From Prorocentrum cordatum (taxonomy: Eukaryota): DNA of 64,000 nt. Where the stretch lies: positions 1 through 64,000 of the forward strand of contig CAUYUJ010000118.1 in NCBI GenBank assembly GCA_963575745.1. The letters are read 5' to 3'. Below are positions 38,059 through 51,640 of this stretch, one piece after another. Numbering within the stretch: the stretch's first letter is position 1; each line of letters begins with the position of its first letter. A model generated the notes under the pieces. It was not told the origin of the DNA. It made no database searches and worked only from the letters and a program-made list of their open reading frames with translations. Made by a program: the position numbers and the translations under genes.

Positions 38059-39330
38059 CCCACCCATCCTGTGGTGTTGAGTCCTCGTTTTAAAAAAACA
38101 TTACCCCGTGTTCCTTCCTCCCTTCCTTCCCCAACTCATCCTCCTCTCCTCCTCCTCTCCCTCCTCCTCTCCCTCCTCCTCCTCCTCCTCCTCCTCCTCC
38201 TCCTCCTTCCTCCTCCTCTTCCTCCTCCTCCTCCTCCTCCTCCTCTTCCTCCTCCTCCTCCTCCTCCTCCTCCTCCTCCTCCTCCTCCCCATCCTTCGTC
38301 CTCCCATCCTCCCGCTGCCCTTCCCCTCCTCCCACCCCTGCCTCTGCCCTCCGCAAGTCCTCATCATCATCATCATCATCATCATCAGCAGCAGCATCAT
38401 CAGCATCATCAGCATCATCATCAGCAACATCATCAGCATCATCAGCATCATCATCATCACTGACGCCATCATCGTTATCATCACCGCCATCTTCCACATC
38501 ATCACCACCGCAATCATCGGCATCGTGCCTCTGCTCTCCGCATGTGCACCATGTCGGCACACCCTTCACGCGTTTCGTGGCCACATAGGGAGCTCCACCA
38601 AAGGCCCCAGTGGCTGCGTTCACATGCGTCCCGCGCCCATTTCGGCACACACCCCACATGGTTCATGACCCCATACGGAGCTCCACCGAAGGCCCCAGTG
38701 GATCCGTTCACATGCGTCCCGCGCCCATTTCAGGACACCCCTCACACGGTTCGTGGCCCCATCGGGAACTCCACCGAAGGCCTCAGTGGCAACATTCACA
38801 TGCGTCCCATTTCGGAACACCCCTCACACTGTTCGTGGATAGAGAGCTCTACCGAAGGCCGCGGGTCACTTCGGCACACCCCTCACACGGTTCGTGGCCC
38901 CATAGGGAGCTCCACCGAAGGCCCCAGTGGGCCCCAGTGGCTGCGCTCACATGCGTCCCGCGCCCATTTCGGCACACACCTCACACAGTTCGTGGCCCAA
39001 CACGGAGCTCCACCGAAGGCCCCAGCGGCAGGGTCCGCATGGCGTACCCGCGCCCGATTCGGCAAACCCCTCACACGTCTCGTGGCCCAACACGGAGCTC
39101 CACTGAAGGCCCCAGCGGCAGAGCCTGCATGGCGCACCTGCACCCGATTCGGCACACCCCTCACACGGTTCGTGGCACCAAAGGGAGCTCCACCGAAGGC
39201 CCCAGCGGCAGGGCCCACATGGCGTACCCGCACCCGATTCGGCACACCCCTCGTTCCTCCCTTCCTGCTTCTTCTCACTTGCCTCGCGGTACCCGCAGTT
39301 TCATGTGGTTGGGCCCTTCGCCAGGATGAT
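38059..39330. mobile_element. Second copy of the 90-bp-array element
   Basis: Left end CCCACCCAT..GTGGTGTTGrGTCCTCGTTTT and right end TTGGGyCCTTCGCCAGGAT match 19135-20670; (CCT)/(CAT) tract, then array. Confidence 0.75.
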
Positions 39331-39412
39331 TCATAGTTTTCGGCCTGGCGTCTGGGGACCCTCACCAGGACCCCGCACCGTGCAAAAGCGATTCGGGACG
39401 AAAAATCGGTCC

Positions 39413-39468
39413 CTGCGAAGGAGGTTCCACGCCGTGAAGCAGTCGTGGCGTCGGGCGTCCGGGCACAC
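39413..39468 (-). CDS. Candidate upstream exon (VCPDARRHDCFTAW...)
   Basis: AG|G acceptor; donor ambiguous (GA after TG, or GG after AG). Confidence 0.45.
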
Positions 39469-39543
39469 CTATCCTGGCCGAGCCATCCTGGGCCAGAGGT
39501 CGGTGCATACGCCCTCCAGCCGTGGCCAGGAAGGCCCATGCAC

Positions 39544-39599
39544 CGATCCTGGGCCCAGGATCGAGCGGCGACGGTCGGCGCAGGTGTGCAGTCGACGCC
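39544..39599 (-). CDS. Candidate upstream exon (RRLHTCADRRRSILGPGS)
   Basis: AG|G acceptor, G|GT donor; the 75-bp intron is bracketed by CCAGGATmG|GTG direct repeats; start codon of the gene not found. Confidence 0.45.
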
Positions 39600-39759
39600 C
39601 TCAGATGTGGAGGCGGCGGCGCCAGCTCTGCCGGCGCAGGGCTCGGCATTCATCCCATCGGGCGGCACCAACGCTATTGTGCTTAAGTTTCGGAGGAACT
39701 CGTGTCTGCCGCGTCGCGCCGCCACTCGCATCGAACCCGCGGCGACTTCACGTCGAACA

Positions 39760-40372
39760 TACACCTACATATGCGGATTCATTTACATATATCTAAGCAT
39801 ATGCATAGGCATATACATGTATATATGTACCAGTAAATACACGTATTCTGATAGCTTGTTTCCATCTATATAAACATGTACATATACCTATAAACATACA
39901 TACACACATACACATACATAAATTTACACGTATATTTCAATATAGCATGATGGTGAACATGGACCTACACACAAACGTAGACCTGCACATATAAAAATAC
40001 ATGTACAAAAGAATATACATAAACGAAAACATGCACACACATATACATAAATACATACATCTGTATATACATGTACGCATGCACATGCACATGCACGTGC
40101 ACGTATCTGTACATATGCATATACATACGTACACATCTACATATACGTATGCGTATACGTGTGCACGTACGTTTACATATACATATACATAATGAATACC
40201 ATTGATGTAAGCATACAGATGTACATATACATACACCGATACATATACCTATAAGTAGCCAAATGCATATAAATGTACATATACATATACATGTATATAA
40301 GCATACACTCATACATGTGGGTATACATGTGCATATACACATTCGCATACAAACACACATAGCTATACCTGT

Positions 40373-40411
<39 letters not shown>

Positions 40412-40840
40412 TGTGCGTATACCTATACATATGCACATACATCTACAAAAAAACAGAGGCGGACATTTCCATATGCACTATGCACATCTGCATACACAAA
40501 CACATATACCTACTCATACACAGCTACATAAACACATGTATGACAATACATAGACCCATACACATACACGTCGACAAATGCACATGCATATACATGTACT
40601 TTGACCTCTGTATATGCAGGTGCCTGTTGCAATTACATATGCAGGACCATTATGCTATACAGAGAGATATATATATACACACATACATACACACATACAA
40701 ATACATACATATACACACATGCATAGGTGCATATACATACAGACGCACATATGCACATACACATTCATACAAACACATACACACACACACATGCACACAA
40801 ATACACACACACACACATACACACACACACATACACGCAG
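39760..40840. repeat. Degenerate (CA/TA/CATA)n alternating purine-pyrimidine tract
   Basis: Directly visible. Confidence 0.95.
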
Positions 40841-42184
40841 TCTCTGTTTGGGGTCCCGCTCCAGTATCAGATGGACAATATCTGTCAATATCAGCCACGT
40901 AATGTCAAATTCTGCCAACAACCACGAACTGCGACTGTTTACGAACACATGCAGACGCACGCTGGTATTGAACCTTCAATCCACATCATGCCAATCGCAC
41001 ACAACCAGCGGCTGACGCAATCGCCGAGCTACAAAATCCGGGGGCAGCGGTGTGTGCGTGCACGCATTAAGATAGTATTAAACCGGAAAATCAAACATAT
41101 TATTCCCCTGCTAAGACTACAGTATTTGATAGTACCTCGAACTGCTCTTATGCATCTGCCTTGAAGCACTCCTTTTTGACATGCATGCGCACGCATGCGG
41201 AGATCTAGCAACAACATCATGTATGCAAGGAGCCTTGTGCAAGCTCCAAGAGACCAACCGCGCGCTTGAATCATGAACGAACTTTCATCCAGAAGGCCGA
41301 ACAACAAACCAAGCAAATGAATGAGCGAGAGGAGTTCCACCACGCAAAGACCTATGACATGTGGCTGCAACACCATCAGTTTCAGTGAGGAAAGCCTGCA
41401 TCACTGGCTGCACTACCCTTTCTCTGAGCAAACTTTGGATGGTCGAGCTCCAAGCGAAGGCCAAGCTCTTCAAGACCAAGAAGGCCAAGCAAACATCCAT
41501 TCCCGGTGACTGACGTTACTGACAAATCGAGCTACCTCGTCTGGTACGGCCTTTTCCCAACAATCCTGGTACTTCTCATCGTGCACCTGGATTGCGAAAT
41601 GGCGGAATGTCACCCGCTGAAGATTCACGATGTCGCCTGACACAGACCGTTGGCAAAGGGCGACTCCGGGTTCTGTAGAATCGCACGTCGTGATCGGAAA
41701 TGCCAATGCGCAAGCTGAGAGATGCTCCACCGTCCACCATGCATCTAGTCAAAATGTAATGGACGTCGCAATTCGGAGCTATAAATGATAACCGCATTGG
41801 AAGCCACACCTGTGGCTAGTCAGTGTTGAAGGGCATCGCCACCATAGAAAACCTTGCTGGGTAAGCGCTGGCACCTTCAGGCAATTCAACGGTCTGACAA
41901 GCACCAAGGAAAAAGATGTTTGGAAGCCACCAGCACATCGTCGATAAATCAGAGTAGCAGCGAGGGAAGGTACAACGCTGGCGGTAATACACCGGCCGCA
42001 AGCGCAAGTTGAGAGACCACGAATGCACAACAGCTGCCTGTTCCTGCCCATTTCCCATGCTCAGATTCTCGCATTCAATTTTGCACAGTCGATCTGGCTA
42101 GTGATTGGCAACACATTTGGTAAATGTGTAAGCAATTGCATAGCTGTTTTGCACTATATGCAAATTGCTGGTGCGACATCACTG

Positions 42185-43270
42185 CACCACTGCCCCCAGG
42201 CCCCATGGCCGCTGGCCAATGGCCCTATCAGGCGTCCAGCCTCCTGCCCCTGGGTTCCAGCTCGCAGCTGCAGCGTAAAGATTCCTCTGCCAGAGTCACA
42301 TTCAATAAAGGCACCCCTTCCCCCACGACGCAGCAGGCCACCCGCCTCCAGCCCCTGGGCTTCAGCTCCCAGTTCCCAGCTGCAACGTAGAGACAAGCCT
42401 GCCAGAATCAGATTCTACAACTGCGCCGATCCGGGCCCCTCGCCTCTGGCTTCATCAGGCCCCGACCTCCTGCCCTTGGATTCCAGCTCCCAGCAGCAAG
42501 CGCACAGGCTACCTTGCCAGAAATCAAGTTCTAGAACTGCACCCCTCCAGGCTCCTGGCCTCTGGCTCCATTAGGCCCCTGGCATCCTGCCCATGGGACC
42601 TAGCTCCCAGCTGCAGCTGTCATATGTTACAACTGCACCTCTCCGGGCCCCTGGCCTCTGGCTCCAGCCCCGGCCTCCTGCCCCCTGGGCCCCAGCTCCC
42701 AGCGGCAGCACAGAGGTGACCCTTCCAGAGTCAGATTCTGCACCTGCACCGTCCAGGCCCCTGGCATCTGGCCTCCTGCCCCTGGGCTCCAGCTCCCCGC
42801 TGCAGCCTACAGATTACCCTGCTAGCCACAATCACACTCTATGACCCCTGGCCCCTGGCTTCTGGTTACATTAAGCACCTGGCCTCCTGCCCCTGGGTTC
42901 CGACTTCTAAGTGCAGCGCACATTCTATAACTACACCCCGCGCCAGTTTTCCCCGGGCTCCCTGGCCTCCTGCCCGTAGGCTGCAAGCCGCACACCTCCG
43001 ATATTACCACCCTGCCTCTGGCACACTCGGTAACGGCACGTTTGCCCCTTGGCCCTTGGCTGCTGGCCCCATATCAGGCCCCTGGCCTCCTGCCCCTGTT
43101 CCAGCTGCAGCGTAGAGGTTACCCCCCGCCTGGCCTCTGGCTCCATCAAGCCCCCCAGCCTGCTGCCCCCAGGTTCCAGCTCCCAGCAGTCGCTAGCTGC
43201 CAGCTGCAGCGCACAAATTACCCAGATTCTACAAGATTGACCTTTGGCCTCTCAGGCCCGTCGCCTCTGG
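42185..43270. repeat. Degenerate ~110-120-bp tandem repeat
   Basis: Recurring GGCCTCCTGCCCCTGGGyTCCAGCTCCCAGCTGCAGCG and CCAGArTCAGATTCT motifs. Confidence 0.75.
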
Positions 43271-44695
43271 CGGCGGCAGAGGCGTAGACTTTAAATTTCT
43301 TATTGAAATGCCTGCAAGACAATTTGACTGGTTACATGCCCTTACTTCTATATAAACCTTGTGGCGCTTATTGTGGGGAGCATGATATGGGGAAATGGCA
43401 GATATTTGTTTCCAACACATCCTTTGTGAGCAAAACTGCGTTTTCCCTGACAAGTGTCCTCAGCTACGTAAAAGCATTGTGGGACCTGTTGTGGGAAATA
43501 GGGCATGGTGATATGGGAAAGAATTACTAATCAAAATGTCTCAGTGAGCATTTTACCTATTCATGGCTATGCTTATATGGAAGCATTGTGAGGCCTGTCG
43601 ATGGGAGTAGGCTGCGGGAATTTCACTGAGAATTACTTATGGAATTTCCTCAGCAAGAATTTGATTTCTCAGATTGCCTCACTTGTGTAGGAATCACTGT
43701 GGGGCCTGTCGTGCGGAGTAGGCTTTTGGATTATGGCGGGGATGTATCAGAGGGGATGTGTCAGAGGGGGCGTAGAAAAAGAGATGCAGCAAGGGGGGGT
43801 GAATCAGAGGCGGTGTCAGGCGAGGCGCGCAGGGCGTGAGAAGAGGAAAGGAAGCAAGGAAGGAAGAAAAGGAGAAAGGAAAAGGAAGTAAAAGTAAGGA
43901 GGGAAGGGGGAGGGAGAGGGGAAAGCCAGGGGAATTTGATGGGGAAGGGAAGCGTAGGCCGGGATGAGAATAGAAGGGGAGGAAACAAAGAAAGGAAAGA
44001 AGGAAGAGGATTCTTCATCAGACATCTACCAGCTCTTCAGGAAGTCGGGAATACTAAAAGTCTGTATGTTTCAAACTGTTTGACATACTTTGATGTCAGA
44101 CGCTGGTTCGTTTAGAAACAAACCTGAGCAATAAAGCAAGCATTAGACAATTTTTCGCATCCTTCCAATATGAAACGAAACCAACAAATTCAAAACTGAA
44201 TGAACATCCCCACTAGGAAGCACCTGGACCAATTACTCGGAAACCCATCAAGTGAAGGCAAGGAATGGCATGTATGATTACTACACTCTTCGCATATTTG
44301 GAACGAGCATCGGTCAACACAGTCGAGTTTACGTACGCAGGCGCACCATGGACGCTGAGCCTCGCACTCGACCTCTGATCGCCTGGGTCCGAAGGCAACT
44401 CCACATTTGTTGACCCAACTATGGTGTAGGGTATGAATGTCTGGATGATTCCCAATACAGAGCTTGCGATGATAAGCTTCTTACTTATTCTGCAGTAATT
44501 AGACACGTGGGCCAGCCCCGTAGTCATATGAGCATAGGGGCCTAAGCTTGGAAAGCGAAAAGTTCATGGCAATGTTTACGTAGCACAGGTTCCGCAGCAA
44601 AGAGCAAATATTGCTTTGCAAAGATTAGCAATTAGCAACTACCACGCTGCGAAGCTCTCATTGCAAAGCTTGCACAGCACAGATTGCATAGCAAA

Positions 44696-45828
44696 CTGGG
44701 AGCCGGCGGTATGCCGTCAATCTTGGTTACCGCCGGGAACTCGTAGAGTTTCCTTGCCACATACATGAACGGGATGCGGGCGCGGCAATCTCGCATCCCG
44801 CGCGCGCGGGGGTGCGGTTTCATGGGGAGGACGTGGGGGAGAAGAAGGAGTGAGGAGGAGAAGGAGGTGGAGGAGGCTGAGGAAGAGAAGGAGAAGGAGG
44901 AGAAAGCAGAAGGAGAAGGAGGGGGAGGAGGAAGAGAAGGATGACGAGCAGGAAAGGGATGGGTGGAGGGGAAAAAGGGGGGCGATGATGATGAGGAGGA
45001 GAAAAAGAAGGCCGAGGAGGAGAAGGAGGAATTCTATTCAGAAAAGCACATCATTTCTGGCAAAATATTCACAGTGCGAAAAGTTTTACAGTCGTAGCGA
45101 TGGTTGCGATCCGACTTCAGACGCCTCGATACCGTAGGCGAATGCACCTGGTTACCTTCAGTTTCGACAAGTGTTTTTTTTTATATTATTTTTTATTTTT
45201 TTTTCAGGCCCCTACCTACCGATCGTATGAAGTACGAAAGAACTATCATTATCCCTGAAAAATTAGCAAAGTACAAATAGCTGTTTCGTTGCAGCTCATG
45301 TAGCAGACCGAGTTCAGGCACCTAGATACTTGAACTAGCGCGCCTCTGGATTTTCTTTCAAGTGCTCTGCCGAACAGCACAGCCCTGTAGCTCATCTGCA
45401 GTTCTTTAAGAAAATATGCATCCCTAGCTCTGGTAGCAGACCGAGATACTTCAGACTAGCGCGCCTGATGATTCTAGATAGATTAGGTGTGCCTGTCAGC
45501 TCTGTAGCTCTTCTACAGCTCGGGTTAAGTTCAGAAAACCGACAGCACCTGCCAACAAAACACTCAACAACCGCTCCCGCCTGAGAGCTTTTTGACAGTA
45601 ATATGTACCCGACCGACATGATATCAAGATGGCGAGCAGAAATAAGATCGAATATGGGGGGGCAAACAATTAGAGCTCTAACGAATTGTCCAATTTCGAA
45701 AACATAATTTTCAGCCGACCAAAATTATGCCAAATTTCCGTTGAGATTTTTCGGGCCAACTAGCACCCCAGCGCGCCGGAATTACTCTTTAGCTTCGCCG
45801 CTTCGCTCTCAGGGAAGCTCTACAAGTC
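44696..45828 (-). mobile_element. Diverged stem-loop unit (Helitron/Helentron-like non-autonomous element)
   Basis: CTGGGAGCCGGCGGTA...TACCGCCGG hairpin, then ACTCGTAGAGTTTCC; inverted GGAAGCTCTACAAGT near 45813; partial 177-bp repeats inside. Confidence 0.55.
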
Positions 45829-46134
45829 AAATTGGACAGCACTGACTGCATAGCAAATATTACATAGCAAGGATTGCATCTACATAGCCTGTGAATCAGG
45901 ATTCCCGTAGTCAGCTCAGCCTTGGCACCTGAGGAGCTACCTTAAGTCTACGCACCTAAGCCAGCCCAGCCCACATAGCCGGTGCACCCCAGCCCACAAA
46001 GCCTGCGCATCAGCATTTCCCTAAATCCTACGTACCTAAGCCAACCCAACCCACATAGCCTGTGGCTCAGGACTGGGAGCCGGCGGTAAACCGTCAACCA
46101 GGTGTTTTGCGGTTTGCGGTCCGACCACAGGGCC

Positions 46135-46730
46135 CTACAAGGGCGGTCGGGTTGGTGCAGCCATCCCCTGTGGGCTGGATGTACCCTGAAAAACGTGATA
46201 CTCTTGAAGTATCTTGCAAGCAGAGCGGGCAATTCTCGAAGCGGCCTCAAGCTCACACTGAGTAACCGTCGCATCGGGAAGCAGGCCAAAAGCCTCCTCC
46301 GCCAACGGACGGGTAAACGTGTGCAGGCAATCACTAACCCCTTCCGCAGATTGCTCACTGATGAACTCACCGTCTAGCCACCATCCTCCCCCAGCACCTG
46401 CACTGCTAACGCCACCGTCGTACGCACCACGGATTGCGATCAATGTTTCAGTATTGTTTATATGTTGTTGAATGCTTCTGCACCTCGATTGTAATGGTAG
46501 ATGTCTGATTTCCCAAGTCAGTCGGTCGGCGCGGTCATTGCCTCCACGATAGTGATGACGCCACATGTCATACCCTGTGGCTGGGCCCTGCAGCTTAAAA
46601 TTTCGACAGGCGTCGTCTAACAGATCAATAACCTCCCCCACCTGCGATCGGTATATATTGTTGTTGCAATTTCACCTTCCCCTCATCCAGTTGGTTATCA
46701 GCATGGAGTCGCCCAACAGCTCCATCGCAA
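46135..46730 (-). pseudogene. RNase H domain, permuted motif order
   Basis: MELLGDS (GDS at 46713-05) ... HHYRGGNDRAD ... RGAYDGG..GAGGGW ... TVTQCELEAA; one in-frame TGA. Confidence 0.85.
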
Positions 46731-46866
46731 CTCCCACCTCGTCGCTCGAAGCGGACCTCATTTTCAAAGTTTGCTGCGAGGCGCCTGACAATACGATCAA
46801 GCGCCGCCTGTGTATACTGATTGTCCTCCTCCTCCTCCTCCTCTGTGTATCTGACCTCCCTCCTCC

Positions 46867-49800
46867 TTAAAGATAAAGCCCTCCGTCATATGTGAAATGC
46901 CCGCCGCCACACAGTCGGGCCGTAGCAAACTCGCGAAGACCACGTTCACTCCAGTCGAGATGGTGCCACCAGTTCACACCAGCAGCCTGCACAAATAGGA
47001 AGTCCCACGGCCTGTAGCCTGTAGGTAACCTCCTCCCTGTTAGTCTGGTTATCTCCGTCCTCCTCCCACTTGCAGTAATCATAGCCTCCCTCCTCTCCGT
47101 CCACTCCCCCAATCCATGCGGCATCGCAACACGTGAAACAACAAAGGGCCTTGACACGTCATCCGACACAGGCGGTGCTGGTGTCGGAGCCTCCCCAGGC
47201 CGGGTGGTCGAGAGCCTCTGTCGTTGGCCCCGCACCGTCTCACGGAAGATTCTCGCACGCTGACGCCGATTGGTATGTGCCTCCTCCCCCGACGCACGCG
47301 CTAACATAGGTGCACACGTATGCATACAGGCGAACGATGCCACATCCTTTGCCCAGTCAAACTGCTTTCTGAAAAATCTGTGGACCAATGATTGGAGGCC
47401 GCACCTAGCAAAGTGTTGGCGACCATAGCGCAGCCGCCTCTGAGTATACACAGTCCAATCCTCACTCGCCTTCTTACGAAGACCACCAATGATCGCCAGC
47501 AGTTGACCCTCCCACGCATATAACTTCTGAATAGTTCCCTCATCCGCCGTCATACCTTCACATGTATACAAAACAACGCACTGCAACCGTGCAATGTAAC
47601 GCATAAAACGATCACGCATAGGTAACTGTCTACAGCGATAGAACTGTACATCACACATCCACGCACGCCTGGCACGCTGTAAATGACAAAGTAGATCCCG
47701 ATGCTCACTCCAGTCATCAAAGAGTTCCACTCCCAGAGCCGACATCTGTCGAAGACGTGGCAGGACCAACTCCTCACCATACTCAGGGACCGACACACGA
47801 AGCTCGGTATCAGAACAGCGAGGCCAGCCTCCACACAAGAGGTATCCAAGCGATGAGGGTTTCCACCGCAGGCCCGCCTGAGCCAACGGCACCGTCAGCA
47901 TAGACATCATCTCCCGAAGTTCGTCCAGGGACCGTGCACATACATACAAGTTGTCCGCCCACAGAGCATGCGCAATCCTCCTCCTACCTCCTCTCAAGGA
48001 GGTCTCCAATTCATAACCATAGTCGTTCTCCTCCCACTGCCGTACCACCTTCTCCCAAAGATACACCGAGACAGCCTTGAACAAGAATGGGCTCTCCACT
48101 CCTCCCGTGCGGATACTCCTATCCCAAGACACCCAATCCGTCCACCGCACACCTTCAAAGGACATCTGACACACGGTCTCATGCATAGGCTCCAAGAGGG
48201 CAAATATGAGCTCCGAGGGGAACCCCAATGAAACCGGACTGTTATACGCCAACGTCAACGTCACATGGTCGAAGCACTGTAGTACGTCTGCACTCCCAAG
48301 ATATAATGATTCCCCTTTGCCCCAGAGACACGCGTGCTGTGAGAGCCTCTTTAGTACCGCCGTGATTTCACGTGGTTTCCTACCTGCTGCAAAGCCGAAC
48401 AAGCACGTATGAGGTCGGAGCTTTGTCAAATCTTCCTCCGCAGCTGTACCATTTGGACATAAGAGGTATGAGGCATATTGTTCTAGTGTCGTTGAGTTGG
48501 GTCATTTGGGGGCTCTTCGGGATCAGAGTGGCAAGGAATTTTCTCCAGCACTGCGGCGTGAGATTCTCCCGACAGGCCAGGCGCTGAAAGAAGTCACGCA
48601 CACGGCGCACACACGCCCAAGGAAGCAACTTGAGCATTTCGGGCGACACGTCATCGCATGACGCTGCTCCTCCCCTCTTGAGTCGTGCACGAGCTCGCAA
48701 CACAAGGGACATGCGAATGTCTAGCGTCCGATGCGAGGCCGCTGCTGCACACCTCGCCGTCTCCAACGTCTGTACACTAGCCCTGCGAGCCTCCTCGCAT
48801 TGGATAGTGGCACAAGCAAACCGTCCGATCTCCACCTCCCACTCCTCCAAGTCCTCAGATCTATGGACTGGCCGCCGACACAATCGCCGTATTGATGAAT
48901 TCGCCTTCACAAGTGGGTGCTCCCACCGCCTGAACGCACTGTGTCGTCACATCCTCCACTTCCTCCCACTCCTCCATGTCCTCCATCATAGTCTCCGTAC
49001 TGTCCGTGCTGTTACCCTCCTCCTCCACCACGGTCCTAAGCTGACGCGCCACACGAGGATGGGAACGGCTGACCAGCTCCCAGCCCTCCTCGGGCGTCGC
49101 GGCAGCAGACCTGACAGGAATTGTCCCGCATGTGGTGAAAGCAATCTCCGCCTCCCGAGCGTAAGCCTGAGGATCCTCTGGAGCCCAGTGGACCAAATTG
49201 GAGGCCCTCGTCGCCTTCGGCTTCTGCCTGCGTACACCCGTCGGAGCACATGGTAACGCGGCATGTAACAGAGCATGATCCGATACCGCAGTCAGCGCCG
49301 TCGCCCCCAGTGGTTGGATGAATTTAACCCCCACCTCCGACTGTGCACCGGGTAACCAATATAGTCCAAGACACTGGGAGCCCCAAGACCGGACAGGATC
49401 CAAGTAGGCCTCCTGGGTCCAAATGTGTTGGCCATCACAATGCTCCACCTCCCACAGAACTGAAGAAGCGCCTCCTTCATTGCCTCCCTCCTCCTCCAAC
49501 GAACACGTGAAGCCCCACCCGAGTAGACCCGAGTTGATTCCAGCAATCCCTCCCCCGTAAGTTGTAGACCGTTACAGCTCGTATCTGGCGACAGCTCCAC
49601 GTTGGCATCCGTGAGCAACACCACCTTCTTGGGCCTCCTAGGGTACCTGTGGAAATACTTCTCGAGGCCCTCATTCATATTATATATAATGTTCTGAAAC
49701 TTCTCATTCGTAATACCCTCAGCATTGGGCAAATAGCATGAAACAACCGTGACCGTCGTAAATCCTATGGCAACGTAACCTTTCCCTTTGAACGTAGCAA

Positions 49801-50038
49801 GGCGGTGCTTCCGCCAATTATCCTTATACAGGATGGCAACCTTGCGGGAGCTGTCAAAAATCGTGCGAATAGCACCTTCACCCGAACCTGACAGCTCAGA
49901 ACGATGATCCCAAAGATTTTGACACTCTTGTACCCCCAGGAGTGTCACATCCGCCCCTTTCATCGCACTAAGTATTGTGTGGATAGTAAGTTGTCCTCTC
50001 CGTCGTAGGTTCCACGAGCCTAGACGGACCTCTCGTCG
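46867..50038 (-). pseudogene. ORF2 APE + RT, frameshifted
   Basis: APE: GSWNL, GVQEC, YLP, TDAN, LDYI, SDH; RT: AASCDD, TRTICL, FGF, DVLQCFD, RTGGVESP, WADN, ALG. Confidence 0.9.
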
Positions 50039-51095
50039 TCACGGCGCTGATAGTCGCGCCTTGAGGCCTGCAATGTCCAAATTCGGCTCATATGATTTAA
50101 TCTCGTCCCGAATCGTCCATCCCTCCTGCGCATGCGGCCCTGGCTGAAATATCATGACAATCTGACCTGCATTCTGCGCCTCACTGGATGCACGCGCCCA
50201 CACATATGTTTGTCCCAGACCACTGCCCAGCACTGAGCGCATGATGGTTCCGTTCCTGCACACCTGAGCCCATACAGCATGACACTGGCCTGAAGCTTGA
50301 CCATGTACAATCTCCCATGGGGCGACCTCCACAGACACCCGAATATTGGCCGCCTCGGGCCACGGGAGTCTATTGATATCATCACTCGCAAGGGCTAGAT
50401 TAGATAACAGTGACCGTCTAAGTGCCCACAACTTCTGTCCTGGAGTACCTTTCTTGAAATAGATTCTCAAACGCCCATATCCGAAGTACTCCCTACCCGA
50501 GTTTGCGTTCGTCGTCGCCTCCTCGTCGATACAATTGCACCACTCTCCAGACTGAATGATGCGTTGTTTCATTGAGTTGAGCCGGGTCGTCAGGACATCC
50601 TGGGCCATCATCTGACGGGATCTCAACCCATGGTTGTTCCAATTAGTAACCCACCCCTTGCACTCAACAAAACTTGGCTCCCACTAAAAGTTGAAACGCC
50701 CTGGAGCTATGCCTGACCCCTAGTTTGAAGCCGCTGGCGCTCTAGTGGACGTCTCTGATGCCGTCCCGTCGCTGCCAACAATATATATATATATAAAGGA
50801 AAAAAACAAGAAAGGTCTCCAGATCAGCTTGCCTACGCGAGAGAGCCTGCATATCATGATTGAAAGATTTTCGGACGGCATCCACCTTACTGTCAACCGC
50901 TGTAATTGCCGTTTTGACCGTCTCGATTTTCCCGTCAACTGCTGTGAGAACGGCCGCCGTCACACTCTGCGTTTGTTGTGCCATCATTCTCTGAAGCTCA
51001 CTCAACAGATTTGCTGATCCCGGCTGCTCCTCCTCCCTCATCCGTTTACGTTCAGTCTCAGTCTCTGCCATCGCCACATCACTCGACCCCGCCAT
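50039..51095 (-). pseudogene. ORF1 (coiled coil + RRM-like), disrupted by a T/(TA)n run near 50780-50810
   Basis: Heptad segment VDGKIETVKTAITAVDSKVDAV; position upstream of APE. Confidence 0.65.
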
Positions 51096-51204
51096 TGCAG
51101 CTGATGGTGGGTAACCGAAACCACTCGACTCCACACTCGGAGGCAGCCTCCGACTTTCCCACGAAGGGCTGGGTTGTGAATCCCACGCCGTGATGGACGT
51201 GTAC

Positions 51205-51640
51205 AACAGGCAATGAAACGCGTACTCTGACAATCAATAAATACGAACTCCAAACAGTCAATGAAAGTGTACTCCGACAGTCAGTGGATGAGTACTCCCA
51301 CCGTCAATGAAGTGTACTCCGACAATCAATGAGTCTGTACTCCCACAATCAATGAATGCGTACTCCGACAATCAATGAAGCGTGTACTGCAACAGTCAAT
51401 GAAGTGTGTACTCCAACAAACAATGAAAGAATACAAAGTGCAGCCTCTCAACGAAGACGTACCCCGACAGTCAGTGAATGTGTACTCCGACCACAATGAA
51501 TGCAAACTCCGACAATCAATGATGTGTACTTCGACAATCAATGAACGTGCACACCGTCAATCAATGAAGCGTGTACTCTGACAATCAATGAAGTGTGTGC
51601 TCTGACAATCAATGAATCTGCTCGCCGACAATCAATGAGC
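51205..51640. repeat. ~23-bp tandem monomers in the LINE 5' UTR
   Basis: GTGTACTCCGACAATCAATGAA-like unit repeated well over a dozen times. Confidence 0.9.

Noticed and set aside
41200..42180. Non-repetitive, possibly decayed coding sequence (also 44000-44600)
   Set aside because: Short frames with stops and no motif I can recognise
51205..51640. CRISPR-like appearance of the 23-bp repeats
   Set aside because: Repeats are contiguous and degenerate with no unique spacers, there are no cas genes, and they lie in a LINE 5' UTR
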